Part shown: piece after piece, positions 37,871-46,398 of the stretch
Numbering within the stretch: the stretch's first letter is position 1
How the letters are laid out: each line of letters starts with the position of its first letter
Assembly (NCBI GenBank): GCA_964291495.2
Contig: OZ219871.1
Location: forward strand, 1,184,001 to 1,248,000
Direction of reading: 5' to 3'
Length of the DNA stretch: 64,000 nucleotides
Source: Dehalococcoidia bacterium
GTDB taxonomy: Bacteria; Chloroflexota; Dehalococcoidia; UBA2979
Translations under genes and position numbers: made by a program
Notes under the pieces: generated by a model
Databases searched by the model: none
Seen by the model: the letters and a program-made list of their open reading frames with translations, nothing else
What the model was told of the DNA's origin: nothing

Positions 37871-38239
37871 ATGAACCTCGTGCTGATCGCCCTCGGCGGC
37901 GCGGCCGGCGCGCTGCTGCGCTACGGCGTCAGCGAGTGGGTGACGGCGCCGCGAGGCGGCTTCCCGCTCGCCACGCTGCTCGCGAACGTAACGGGCGCCT
38001 TCCTGCTCGGCGTCGCCTCGATCCTGCTCGTGCGCCTCGAGGTTTCCGCCGCCGTGCGGCTCGGCCTCACCGTCGGCGTGCTCGGCGCCTACACCACGTT
38101 CTCGACATTCAGCGTCGAAACGCTGGACCTCGTCAGCGACGGCCAGTGGCGGACGGCCGCGCTCTACGTCGTCGCCAGCGTCGCGGGGGCCCTCGCGGCG
38201 GCGTGGGCAGGGCAGAGCCTCGCGCGCGCTACGGGGTAG
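37871..38239 (+). CDS. crcB: Fluoride efflux channel CrcB/FluC
   Basis: 'GGAAGALLRY', 'TLLANVTG' and 'GAYTTFSTF'. Confidence 0.92.
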   Translation: MNLVLIALGGAAGALLRYGVSEWVTAPRGGFPLATLLANVTGAFLLGVASILLVRLEVSAAVRLGLTVGVLGAYTTFSTFSVETLDLVSDGQWRTAALYVVASVAGALAAAWAGQSLARATG

Positions 38240-38256
38240 GGGCGGGAGACCTTTTC

Positions 38257-38293
38257 TTGACTCGCAAAGCACCCTACTACACAATAAGATTGT
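38257..38293 (+). promoter_or_regulatory. Putative sigma70-type promoter with an overlapping inverted-repeat operator
   Basis: TTGACT (38257-62), 17 nt, CACAAT (38280-85); ACAAT-aag-ATTGT palindrome at 38281-38293, just before the GTG start. Confidence 0.5.
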
Positions 38294-38294
38294 T

Positions 38295-38741
38295 GTGTCA
38301 GTGATCCCCGACGTCAACGATCGCGGGCTCCTCCCACCCGGAGTTCACCTCGCGAGTTGGGACGAGGTTGCGGCCAGACTCGGGACCAATCCGTGGAGGC
38401 AACACCTGTTGACTGGACTCAGAGCCGCGCTTGAGAACCTGAGGGCCGCAGGTTGCCGAAGGATCTACCTCGACGGGAGCTTCGTGACGAGCAAGACCAT
38501 CCCGAACGACTACGACGCCTGTTGGGAAGAGGCGGACGTCGATCCTGACATCCTCGATCCCGTGCTGCTGACTTTCGACCCGGGGCGGGCGATGCAGAAG
38601 GCCAAGTACCTGGGCGAGTTGTTCCCCGCATCGGTGGTCGCCGGTCTGGATGGACTGTCGTTCCTTGATTTCTTCCAGACCGACAGGGAGACCGGGGAAC
38701 GCAAGGGCATCATCGCGATCGACCTGGAGGGCCTGACATGA
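38295..38741 (+). CDS. DUF6932-like nucleotidyltransferase-fold protein
   Basis: 'LPPGVH', 'YLDGSFVT.K..PNDYD' (GS...DxD) and 'KGII'. Confidence 0.75.
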   Translation: MSVIPDVNDRGLLPPGVHLASWDEVAARLGTNPWRQHLLTGLRAALENLRAAGCRRIYLDGSFVTSKTIPNDYDACWEEADVDPDILDPVLLTFDPGRAMQKAKYLGELFPASVVAGLDGLSFLDFFQTDRETGERKGIIAIDLEGLT

Positions 38742-39148
38742 TCAAGAACGAACGCCAATACCGGATCACCAGATCGCAGGCCGCCCGCTTCGCGACAACC
38801 CTCGAGCACCTGGAGCAGCACCCAGGCGGGGTCGAGGGGGTGCACCCTCGCATCGCCCAGGCACAACGGGATGCGCTGAAGAGCCAGCTCGAAGACCTTG
38901 AGCGTGAGTTGCGCGAGTACGAATCACTGAGGGCAGGAGAGTTCGATCTCGAAGAGTTGCGCGTCGTCGGCGAACTGGCGACGTTTCTGATCAAGGCACG
39001 CATCGCCTGCGGGCTGAGCCAGAAGGACCTGGCGGAGCGCATGGGACTCAAGCACCAGCAGATCCAGCGCTACGAAGCCACGGACTACGCATCCGCCAGT
39101 CTCGCTCGCATCAAGGAGGTCGCGAGCGCCCTCGGCATGACGAGCTAG
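38738..39148 (+). CDS. XRE-family HTH protein with N-terminal coiled coil
   Basis: 'ARIACGLSQKDLAERMGLKHQQIQRYE'; ATGA overlap with the previous gene. Confidence 0.85.
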   Translation: MIKNERQYRITRSQAARFATTLEHLEQHPGGVEGVHPRIAQAQRDALKSQLEDLERELREYESLRAGEFDLEELRVVGELATFLIKARIACGLSQKDLAERMGLKHQQIQRYEATDYASASLARIKEVASALGMTS

Positions 39149-40020
39149 CCCCGCGCAGCCGCGAGCGAGTAGAGCAGCCCCTCCACATCCCGCGGCGGCA
39201 GCGCCGGGCCGGGGGCGAGCAGGCAGTGGGTGACGCCCGCACCGCCGAGGGCGGAGGCGGTTTCGAGGATGGCGGCGGCGGGCTGCTCGGGGGAGACCGG
39301 GAGCGGGGCGCAGACGTCGATGGCGGCGAAGTCGCGGGCGGCGGCCTCGCAGGCCTCGCGCGCCGCGCCGACCGCCGCGGCCGGGTCCGAGGCGGCGTCG
39401 AGGATCAGGCCGTCGCCGCCGGCGGCGAGGCGGGCGAGGGCGCTCGGGCCCTCGTCGCGGACGTAGATCGGCGGGTGCGGCTTGCGGATCGGCTTCGGGT
39501 AGGCGCCGATGTAGCCGAAGCGGATGTAGGCGCCCTCGAAGGTGCTCGGGTCGTCGCTCTCGCGCCACAGCTCGCGGCAGATCGCCAGCCACTCGTCGGC
39601 CACCTCGGCGCGCGGCTCGTGGTAGTCCTCGACGCCGAGCGCGGCGAACTCGCCGGGCGAGGCCTCCTGCGAGACGCCAAAGAGGAGCCGACCCTTCGCG
39701 ATGCAGTCGAGGGTGCTCACCGCCTTGGCGAGGAAGAGCGGGTTGCGCAGCGGCAGCACGCAGTCGAGCGTCCCGACCTCGATGCGCTCAGTGTTGGCGG
39801 CGATGCCGGTGAGCAGCGAGATTGGCTCCAGCACCTCCTCGCGCCAGGCGTTCGCTCCGCCCTCGCCGCGCAGCGGCGTGGCGAGCCGGTCGGAGGCCCA
39901 GACCGAGTCGAGGCCGAAGCGCTCGGCCGCCTCGGCGAGTCCCACGAGCGCCGAGGCGTCGAGGGCGCGCGCGGGGCCGGCGGCGTTGGGCAACACCAGT
40001 CCGAAGCGCATCGGCGTCAC
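39145..40020 (-). CDS. LLM-fold protein with degenerate cofactor-site motifs
   Basis: LLM pattern retained, but 'WASDR', 'GVSQEA' and 'IYVRDE' replace DH, GxGW and GG. Confidence 0.75.
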   Translation of the reverse strand: MTPMRFGLVLPNAAGPARALDASALVGLAEAAERFGLDSVWASDRLATPLRGEGGANAWREEVLEPISLLTGIAANTERIEVGTLDCVLPLRNPLFLAKAVSTLDCIAKGRLLFGVSQEASPGEFAALGVEDYHEPRAEVADEWLAICRELWRESDDPSTFEGAYIRFGYIGAYPKPIRKPHPPIYVRDEGPSALARLAAGGDGLILDAASDPAAAVGAAREACEAAARDFAAIDVCAPLPVSPEQPAAAILETASALGGAGVTHCLLAPGPALPPRDVEGLLYSLAAARG

Positions 40021-40030
40021 CTCGCTCTGC

Positions 40031-41011
40031 TCACGCGAAGGCCGGGAGGATCTCGTCGGCCATGACCTGGATGCCGCGCATGATCCGCTCGAAGGCGGGC
40101 TCGCGGCCCTCGACGCGAGGCAGCGTCATGAAGTGGCGCACGCCGGCCTTCGCGAACTGGCGCAAGTCGGAGACGATCTCGTCGGGAGTGCCGCTGCAGA
40201 GCTGCCGCTCGCCGTCGCGTCGGCCGTTCAGCTGGAAGCGCATGCCGTGCGCGCCGCTCGCGTTGAGCAGCCAATTCTTCGAGATCTCGATCTCCTCGGG
40301 GTCTCGGCCTTCGGCGAGGCAGATGCGGCGGAACTCGGCGATGCGCTCGGTCAGCTCCTCGATCGTGTCGCCCGTGCAGTCGAAGCCCTGGCCGAGGCGG
40401 ACGGCACGGCGCATGGCGGCGCGGCTGTGGCCCCCGATCACGATCGGCGGGTGCGGCTGCTGCAGCGGCTTGGGGTAGGCGCCGACGTTCTCGAAGTTGA
40501 CGAACTCGCCGTGGAAGCTGGAAGGGCCGCTGCTGGTCCACAGTTCCTTGACCGCGCGCAGGTACTCATTGGTGACGGCGCCGCGCCGGGGGAAGTACCC
40601 GGGCGGCAGGTTGAGCGCCGTGAACTCCTCCTCCATCCAGCCCAGCCCCGCCCCGAGGGCGAGCCGTCCGTTCGAGAGGTGGTCGACCGCCGCCAGCATC
40701 TTGGCCAGCACCACGGGGTGGCGCAGCGGGATGATCAGCACGCCCTGGTTGAGGATCACGTGCTTCGTGCGCACCGCGAGCGCGCTGAGCAGCGTGACCG
40801 GCTCGTAGACCGGGTACTGCCAGCGCGTCGCGCCGCGGCGGTCGGCGTGCGCCTCGTCGTAGCCGATCTGCGCCGGCAGCACGACGTGGTCGCCCATCCA
40901 GACCGAGTGGAAGCCGAGCGCGTCGGCGGCCTCGGCGATCTCGATGCAGCCCTGGACGCCGACGCTCTGACCGAGGTTGCCGACGTTGGAGACGGAGATG
41001 CCGAACTTCAC
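40031..41011 (-). CDS. LLM class (probably F420-dependent) oxidoreductase
   Basis: 'WMGDHVVLP', 'GAGLGWMEEEF' and 'PKPLQQPHPPIVIGG'. Confidence 0.9.
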   Translation of the reverse strand: MKFGISVSNVGNLGQSVGVQGCIEIAEAADALGFHSVWMGDHVVLPAQIGYDEAHADRRGATRWQYPVYEPVTLLSALAVRTKHVILNQGVLIIPLRHPVVLAKMLAAVDHLSNGRLALGAGLGWMEEEFTALNLPPGYFPRRGAVTNEYLRAVKELWTSSGPSSFHGEFVNFENVGAYPKPLQQPHPPIVIGGHSRAAMRRAVRLGQGFDCTGDTIEELTERIAEFRRICLAEGRDPEEIEISKNWLLNASGAHGMRFQLNGRRDGERQLCSGTPDEIVSDLRQFAKAGVRHFMTLPRVEGREPAFERIMRGIQVMADEILPAFA

Positions 41012-41047
41012 GGGCGACTCCTCGAGCGCTGCGTCGCTGCGCGCACC

Positions 41048-41893
41048 TTACACGCCGATCTCGCCGCGCTGGAACGCCTCGATGGTGGCGCGCAGGCCGT
41101 CGCGGGTGATGCGGCGGTTCATCTCGTGCACGGCGTCCGAGTGGTGCGCCGTGACGTTGACGTCGACGGACTGCAGCATCGCCTCGCGGAAGCCACGCAG
41201 GTCCTGCGTGCGGTTTATCGCGCGCTTCTGCAGGGTCAGGATGTCGCGAGGCGTCCTCGCGAGCCGCTGCGCGTACTCCTCGACGGCCTCGTCGAGCTCG
41301 TCTGGCGGGAAGGCGCGGTTGAAGAGGCCGATCCGCACGGCCTCCGTGCCGTCGATGATCGAGCCGGTGTTGAAGAACAGCTCCTTCGTCTTCTTCGGGC
41401 CGATCAGCCAGGCCCAGTAGACGGAGTTGAAGCCCGCGCCGAGCGGCAGCTGCGGCGCGCCCACCCGCGCATCCGCGGCGACAAAGGTGATGTCGCAGAC
41501 GGCGGCGAGCTGGACGGCGCGCCCGAGGCAGTAGCCGTGCACCTTCGCGATCACCGGCAGCGGCGAGTCCCAGATGCGGAAGTAGCGCTGCAGGTTCAGC
41601 TCGCGACCGGCGCGGTCGTCGACGGTCGAGGTCGGGACCGGGTGGCCGGAGGCCTCGTCGCGCTTGGTGTCGGCTCCGGCGGAGAAGGAGCGGCCGGCGC
41701 CCGCGATGACGGCGCAGTGGACGCCCTCGTCGGCGGCGGCGCGATCGAGGAGCGCCAGCAGCTCGTCGTCGAGCGCCGGGCTGATCGCGTTGAGGCGGTC
41801 CTGGCGGTCGATCGTGAGGGTGGCGACGCGGCCGTCGACCTCGTAGCGGACGAAGCCCTCGAGCGGCGCGTCGCCGGCAGTCTCAGCGCTCAC
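41048..41893 (-). CDS. Crotonase-family protein
   Basis: 'RLNAIS', 'SFSAGAD' and 'IAKVHGYCLG'. Confidence 0.85.
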   Translation of the reverse strand: MSAETAGDAPLEGFVRYEVDGRVATLTIDRQDRLNAISPALDDELLALLDRAAADEGVHCAVIAGAGRSFSAGADTKRDEASGHPVPTSTVDDRAGRELNLQRYFRIWDSPLPVIAKVHGYCLGRAVQLAAVCDITFVAADARVGAPQLPLGAGFNSVYWAWLIGPKKTKELFFNTGSIIDGTEAVRIGLFNRAFPPDELDEAVEEYAQRLARTPRDILTLQKRAINRTQDLRGFREAMLQSVDVNVTAHHSDAVHEMNRRITRDGLRATIEAFQRGEIGV

Positions 41894-41952
41894 GCGCCAA
41901 CCCCTCTCCAGTTCGGTCTCCGCTGCGGCTCCGGGTCTGCGATGATAGCGAG

Positions 41953-42507
41953 GTGAGCGAGAACCTGGTCGGCAAGCTGTTGGTCGCGACGCCGCTGCTG
42001 CAGGATCCGAACTTCGTGCGCACGGTGGTGCTGATCTGCCAGGAGAACGAGGACGGCTACCTCGGCCTGATCCTCAACCGGCCGCTGGAAGCCACGGTCG
42101 CCGAGCACCTGCCGGAGTGGGAGCACCTCGTGTCCGCGCCGGCCCGCATCTTCGAGGGCGGCCCCGTGCAGCGCGAGGTCGCGCTCGCCCTCGGCCGCCG
42201 CAGCGACGGCGGCGCGGACGGCGGCTGGACGGCGGTGGGCGAGCAGCTGGGGCTGCTCGATCTGCGCGGCACGCCCTCGGAGCTGTGGGGCGTGGTCGAG
42301 GAGCTGCGCATCTTCAGCGGCTACTCCGGCTGGGGCGCCGGGCAGCTACAGGGCGAGCTGCGCGAGCAGGCCTGGTTCGTCGTCGACGCCGAGCCGGGCG
42401 ACCCGTTCGCCGAGGACAGCGAGGGCATGTGGCGGCAGGTGCTGCGCCGCCAGCCCGGCAACCTCGCGATGTTCGCCGACTTCCCGCCCGATCCGGCCCT
42501 GAACTGA
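41953..42507 (+). CDS. YqgE/AlgH (DUF179) family protein
   Basis: 'LLVATP.L.DPNF.RTVV', 'GGPV' and 'GYSGWGAGQL..E'. Confidence 0.92.
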   Translation: MSENLVGKLLVATPLLQDPNFVRTVVLICQENEDGYLGLILNRPLEATVAEHLPEWEHLVSAPARIFEGGPVQREVALALGRRSDGGADGGWTAVGEQLGLLDLRGTPSELWGVVEELRIFSGYSGWGAGQLQGELREQAWFVVDAEPGDPFAEDSEGMWRQVLRRQPGNLAMFADFPPDPALN

Positions 42508-42514
42508 CTCGCCG

Positions 42515-43723
42515 CTACGAGGCGAGCAGCAGCGGGATGCGGATCTCCTCAGGCCGCAGCCCGGAGTGGTGCGAGGCGTGGCGCAGCAGCTCGCGCGCCC
42601 CGTTCGCGGGGTGGTAGCCCAGCACCTGCGCGCCTCGGGAGATCGCGACGAAGTCGCCGAGGCGCGCGGCCGTGAGCGGGCTCAGCGGCTCTGGTCCGAA
42701 CAGCCGCAGCTCGTCCACCTCCTGCGTCGTCAGCAGCAGGAACGCCTCGCCGAAGCGCTCGCGGAAGCGGGCGGCGAACGTCTCGTGGGCGCCGGGCCGC
42801 ACGCGGAAGTGCAGCACGCGCGAGTCGCCGGCGGGCTCGGCGGCGAGCAGCTCCGGGATCCCATCGTCCTCGCGGATCAGCAGCACCTCGTCCTCGGTCA
42901 CGCCGAGGTGCCCGTGATCGGCGCTCAGCGCGACCACGGCCTGGCCGTGCAGCTCTTTCGCAAGCAGGCCGAACACCTGGTTGATGCCGTGCAGCGCCTG
43001 GGTCGCCTCGGGGCTCCACGGGCCGTGCTCGTGCGCCGCGTGGTCGAGATGCGGGATGTAGAGGTAGACGAAGCTGGGCCCGTCGGCCCCGAGGACGGCC
43101 TTGATGGTCTGCTCCACGCCCTCGGCGAGCGTCTCATAGCCGCTCGCGGGCTCGCCGCCCGTGCCGTAACGCGAGTAGACGCTGCCGGCGATCGCCTGCG
43201 GCACGAGGACCAGCGTGTCGCGCGTCATCCTCGGCGTGAGCGCGGGGAGCGGGAACAGATCCTCGGGCCGCACGCCGAGCTCGGCGAGCGATCGATCGTC
43301 GCGGCGGCGCACGTATGGAAGGACGGTGGCCGGCCCGCCGATCGCCTCGACATGCGTCCACCAGCCGGTGACGGCGTGCCGCGCCGGCCACTCGCCGGTC
43401 ATCAGCGTGGTCAGCGCCACGACCGTGGAGGCGGGGAAGATCGCCCGCAACTCCATCGCGAGGTGCGCGCGCAGCACGTTCGCGCCGTCGCCGCCCTGCT
43501 CGATCATGTCGAGCCCGAGCCCGTCGGCGAGCACGAGCACGATGTGCTCGCGCTGCTCGAGCCGTTCGGCGATGGTTTGCGCGTTCGCGCTTCGCGGGAC
43601 GCCCCGTACGCCGCAGGCGGCGCCGACGGCGCGGGAGAGGTCGAGGAAGTTCGGGACATCGGGGTCGGGGCGAAGCAGCTCGCCTGCCTCGAACGCCGCG
43701 AGCAGTGCATCGACATCGCTCAT
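42515..43723 (-). CDS. Alkaline phosphatase superfamily / nucleotide pyrophosphatase-phosphodiesterase
   Basis: 'LADGLG', 'FPAST', 'LDHAAHEHG', 'SADHG' and 'HHSG'. Confidence 0.85.
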   Translation of the reverse strand: MSDVDALLAAFEAGELLRPDPDVPNFLDLSRAVGAACGVRGVPRSANAQTIAERLEQREHIVLVLADGLGLDMIEQGGDGANVLRAHLAMELRAIFPASTVVALTTLMTGEWPARHAVTGWWTHVEAIGGPATVLPYVRRRDDRSLAELGVRPEDLFPLPALTPRMTRDTLVLVPQAIAGSVYSRYGTGGEPASGYETLAEGVEQTIKAVLGADGPSFVYLYIPHLDHAAHEHGPWSPEATQALHGINQVFGLLAKELHGQAVVALSADHGHLGVTEDEVLLIREDDGIPELLAAEPAGDSRVLHFRVRPGAHETFAARFRERFGEAFLLLTTQEVDELRLFGPEPLSPLTAARLGDFVAISRGAQVLGYHPANGARELLRHASHHSGLRPEEIRIPLLLAS

Positions 43724-43865
43724 CGGCGTCCTCCTGTCACCACCATCATGGCCCGCAGCGCGGAGGTTGAACAGCGGCAGCCGGGCAGGGCGACGGCGCG
43801 CCGCGCTCAAGGCGCGCTGCGGCTATGCTGGCGGTCGCGATCCGGGCAGCGAGGAGGAGGGCGAC

Positions 43866-44930
43866 ATGCTGAAGCTGGCGATCTCGTGCGGCGGCGCGAC
43901 CTACGCGATCCAGGACTTCGATGAGACGGCGATCTACGCCCAGGAGGCGGAGAAGATCGGCATCGACACGATCTGGACCGCCGAGGCCTGGATCCACGAC
44001 GCGATCACGCCGCTCGCCTTCCTCGCGGGCAAGACGGAGCGCGTGCGCCTGGGCACGGGCATCATGCAGGTCGGCGCGCGCACGCCGGCGATGGCCGCAA
44101 TGACGGCGATGACGATGACGCGGCTGACCGGCGGGCGCTTCATCATGGGCTTCGGCACATCCGGCCCGCAGGTGATCGAGGGCTGGCACGGCATCTCCTT
44201 CGACCGCCCGATCGCGCGCACGCGCGAGTACATCGAGGTGGTCCGCCGCGCGATCAGCGGCGAGCCGCTGACCTACGAGGGCGAGTTCTACACGCTGCCG
44301 CTGCCCGGCGGAGACGGCAAGGCGCTGCGCCCGACCGGGGCGGCGACGCCGGACGTGCCGATCTGGATCGCCTCGATCGGCCCTCGCAACCTGGAGCTGA
44401 CCGGCGAGCTGGCGGACGGCTGGCTGGGCACGGTCTTCATCCCGGAGGAAGCGGAGCTGTTCTTCTCCCACATCCGCACCGGCGCCGAGCGGGTCGGCCG
44501 CAGCTTCGACGACATCGAGACGCAGGCGGGGGCAGGCGTCTGGTTCACCGAGGACGACGAGCAGTACAACCAGGCGCTGGAGGCGCTCAGCGTCGGCGTC
44601 GCGTTCAGCCTCGGCGGGATGGGCTCGCGCCGCTACAACTTCTACAACCGCGCCTACGCCCGCCAGGGCTACGCCGACGAGGCGAAGCTGGTGCAGAACC
44701 TCTGGCTCGACGGCAAGCGCGACGAGGCGCGCGCGGCCGTGCCTCGCGAGCTGGCCGGCAAGGTCAATCTCGTCGGCGACGACGCGATGGTGAAGGAGCG
44801 GCTGCGCCTCTACCGCGACATCGGGATGGACATGATCTTCGTCTCGCCGCACGGCGACACGGTCGAGGAGCGCCTCGAGACGCTCGGCCGCGTGATGGAC
44901 CTGACGAACGCCGTCAACGCGGAGGAGTAG
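43866..44930 (+). CDS. LLM class (probably F420-dependent) oxidoreductase
   Basis: 'WTAEAW..DA', 'GTSGPQVIEGWHG' and 'ELADGW'. Confidence 0.9.
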   Translation: MLKLAISCGGATYAIQDFDETAIYAQEAEKIGIDTIWTAEAWIHDAITPLAFLAGKTERVRLGTGIMQVGARTPAMAAMTAMTMTRLTGGRFIMGFGTSGPQVIEGWHGISFDRPIARTREYIEVVRRAISGEPLTYEGEFYTLPLPGGDGKALRPTGAATPDVPIWIASIGPRNLELTGELADGWLGTVFIPEEAELFFSHIRTGAERVGRSFDDIETQAGAGVWFTEDDEQYNQALEALSVGVAFSLGGMGSRRYNFYNRAYARQGYADEAKLVQNLWLDGKRDEARAAVPRELAGKVNLVGDDAMVKERLRLYRDIGMDMIFVSPHGDTVEERLETLGRVMDLTNAVNAEE

Positions 44931-46275
44931 CCGGCGGAGACGCCTCCGGCGGTTGCGCGTCGTCCGAGGGCGAGGTGATGCGCAGCCGCTCGCGCGCGGC
45001 GATCTCCGCCCAGGTCGGGCGGCGCACCAGCGCGACGCAGAGCGCGGACACCATCACGAGCCCGCCGAAGATCATGAAGATGCCCTGGTAGGTGCCCGTA
45101 CGGTCGAAGACGATGCCGGCGATGATCGGGAACGCTACCCCGAACGGCATCTGCGTCATCATCGCGAGCCCCCGGATCGTCGAGAACCGCGCCGAGCCGA
45201 AGTAGTCGGCGATCAGGGTCATGAAGAGCACGACGTAGAGGCCGTGCCCGAAGACGTAGAACGGGTAGAAGATCGCGAGCATCCAGGCGCGCTCGGACGT
45301 CACGTGGGCGAAGATGATCAGCCCAATGCCCTGCGCCAGGAAGCAGGCGATGTACGCACGCTTGCGCCCGAGGAAGTCCGCGACGTAGCCGAAGAAGAAG
45401 CGCCCCGGCACCTGCAGCGCGCCGTACGCCGCGACGGCGAGGCCGGCATGCACCGCCGAGAATCCGACGTTCTGGAGATGCGGCACCTGGTGCACGATCC
45501 AGACGTTCTGCGTGGTGCCGCCGAAGGTGATCGCCGCCGCCAGCAGGTAGATGGCGGGCGTGCGCAGCGCCTCGGCGACGGACATCCCGCTCGTCGAGGC
45601 GAGGTGCGCGACCTGGTCTCCCCGCCGCTCCGCCTCCTCGGGGGAGATGCCGTCCGGGTACATCCCGTACGGCTCCGGGCGGTCGCGCAACACGAAGGCC
45701 ATCGGCAGGCCGATGGAGAGGATGGCGAAGGCGGCGATCACGAGCGTCGCGCGCCACCCGAACTGCACGATCAGCGTGGCGACGATGGGCGCCATCATGT
45801 AGCCGGCAGCGTTGCCCGAGAAGAGCAGGCCCATCGCGCGCGGGCGGCCTCGCTGGAACCAGTTCATGACCGCAGCCGAGAACGGCGTGAACCCGCTCGC
45901 GCTCTGACCGACCGCGATCACGAGGCTCGCGGAGTAGTAGTGCCAGATCGTCTGCGCGGAGGCGAAGTAGAGCATCCCGACGAAGACGATCAGCAGGCCG
46001 CCAATCGCCATCCGCCGCGGCCCTAAACGGTCCACGAGGTAGCCGGTGAACGGGGCCATCAGCCCGGACTCGAAGGCGCGCAGCGAGTAGCCGATCGTGA
46101 TCGCCGCGACGGTCCAGCCCATCTCGTCGCGGATCGGCTCGATGAAGACGCCGAAGCTGAACCCGATGACGCCGCCGGCGAGGAGATTCGTCGTTCCGCC
46201 GGCCAGCACGATGTACCAGCCGTAGAACAGCGGACCGCCCGTCAGCCGGTTGACGACGCGCGCGAGCGCCCTCAC
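44914..46275 (-). CDS. MFS transporter
   Basis: Many hydrophobic segments; 'GYLVDRLGPRR' and 'GYVADFLGRKR' motif A repeats. Confidence 0.9.
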   Translation of the reverse strand: MRALARVVNRLTGGPLFYGWYIVLAGGTTNLLAGGVIGFSFGVFIEPIRDEMGWTVAAITIGYSLRAFESGLMAPFTGYLVDRLGPRRMAIGGLLIVFVGMLYFASAQTIWHYYSASLVIAVGQSASGFTPFSAAVMNWFQRGRPRAMGLLFSGNAAGYMMAPIVATLIVQFGWRATLVIAAFAILSIGLPMAFVLRDRPEPYGMYPDGISPEEAERRGDQVAHLASTSGMSVAEALRTPAIYLLAAAITFGGTTQNVWIVHQVPHLQNVGFSAVHAGLAVAAYGALQVPGRFFFGYVADFLGRKRAYIACFLAQGIGLIIFAHVTSERAWMLAIFYPFYVFGHGLYVVLFMTLIADYFGSARFSTIRGLAMMTQMPFGVAFPIIAGIVFDRTGTYQGIFMIFGGLVMVSALCVALVRRPTWAEIAARERLRITSPSDDAQPPEASPPATPPR

Positions 46276-46398
46276 GACCGTCCCATGGGCCGCGCCCTCC
46301 GGTTCCCGTTCGAGTTCATGGCCGGCGTCACGCCAATGCTAGCGGAGGGTCCTCGCGCACAACAGGCGCGCCGCTATAGTCCCGCGGGGAGGTGGCGC

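Noticed and set aside
37863-37871. Fluoride riboswitch before crcB
   Set aside because: Only 7 bp of intergenic space.
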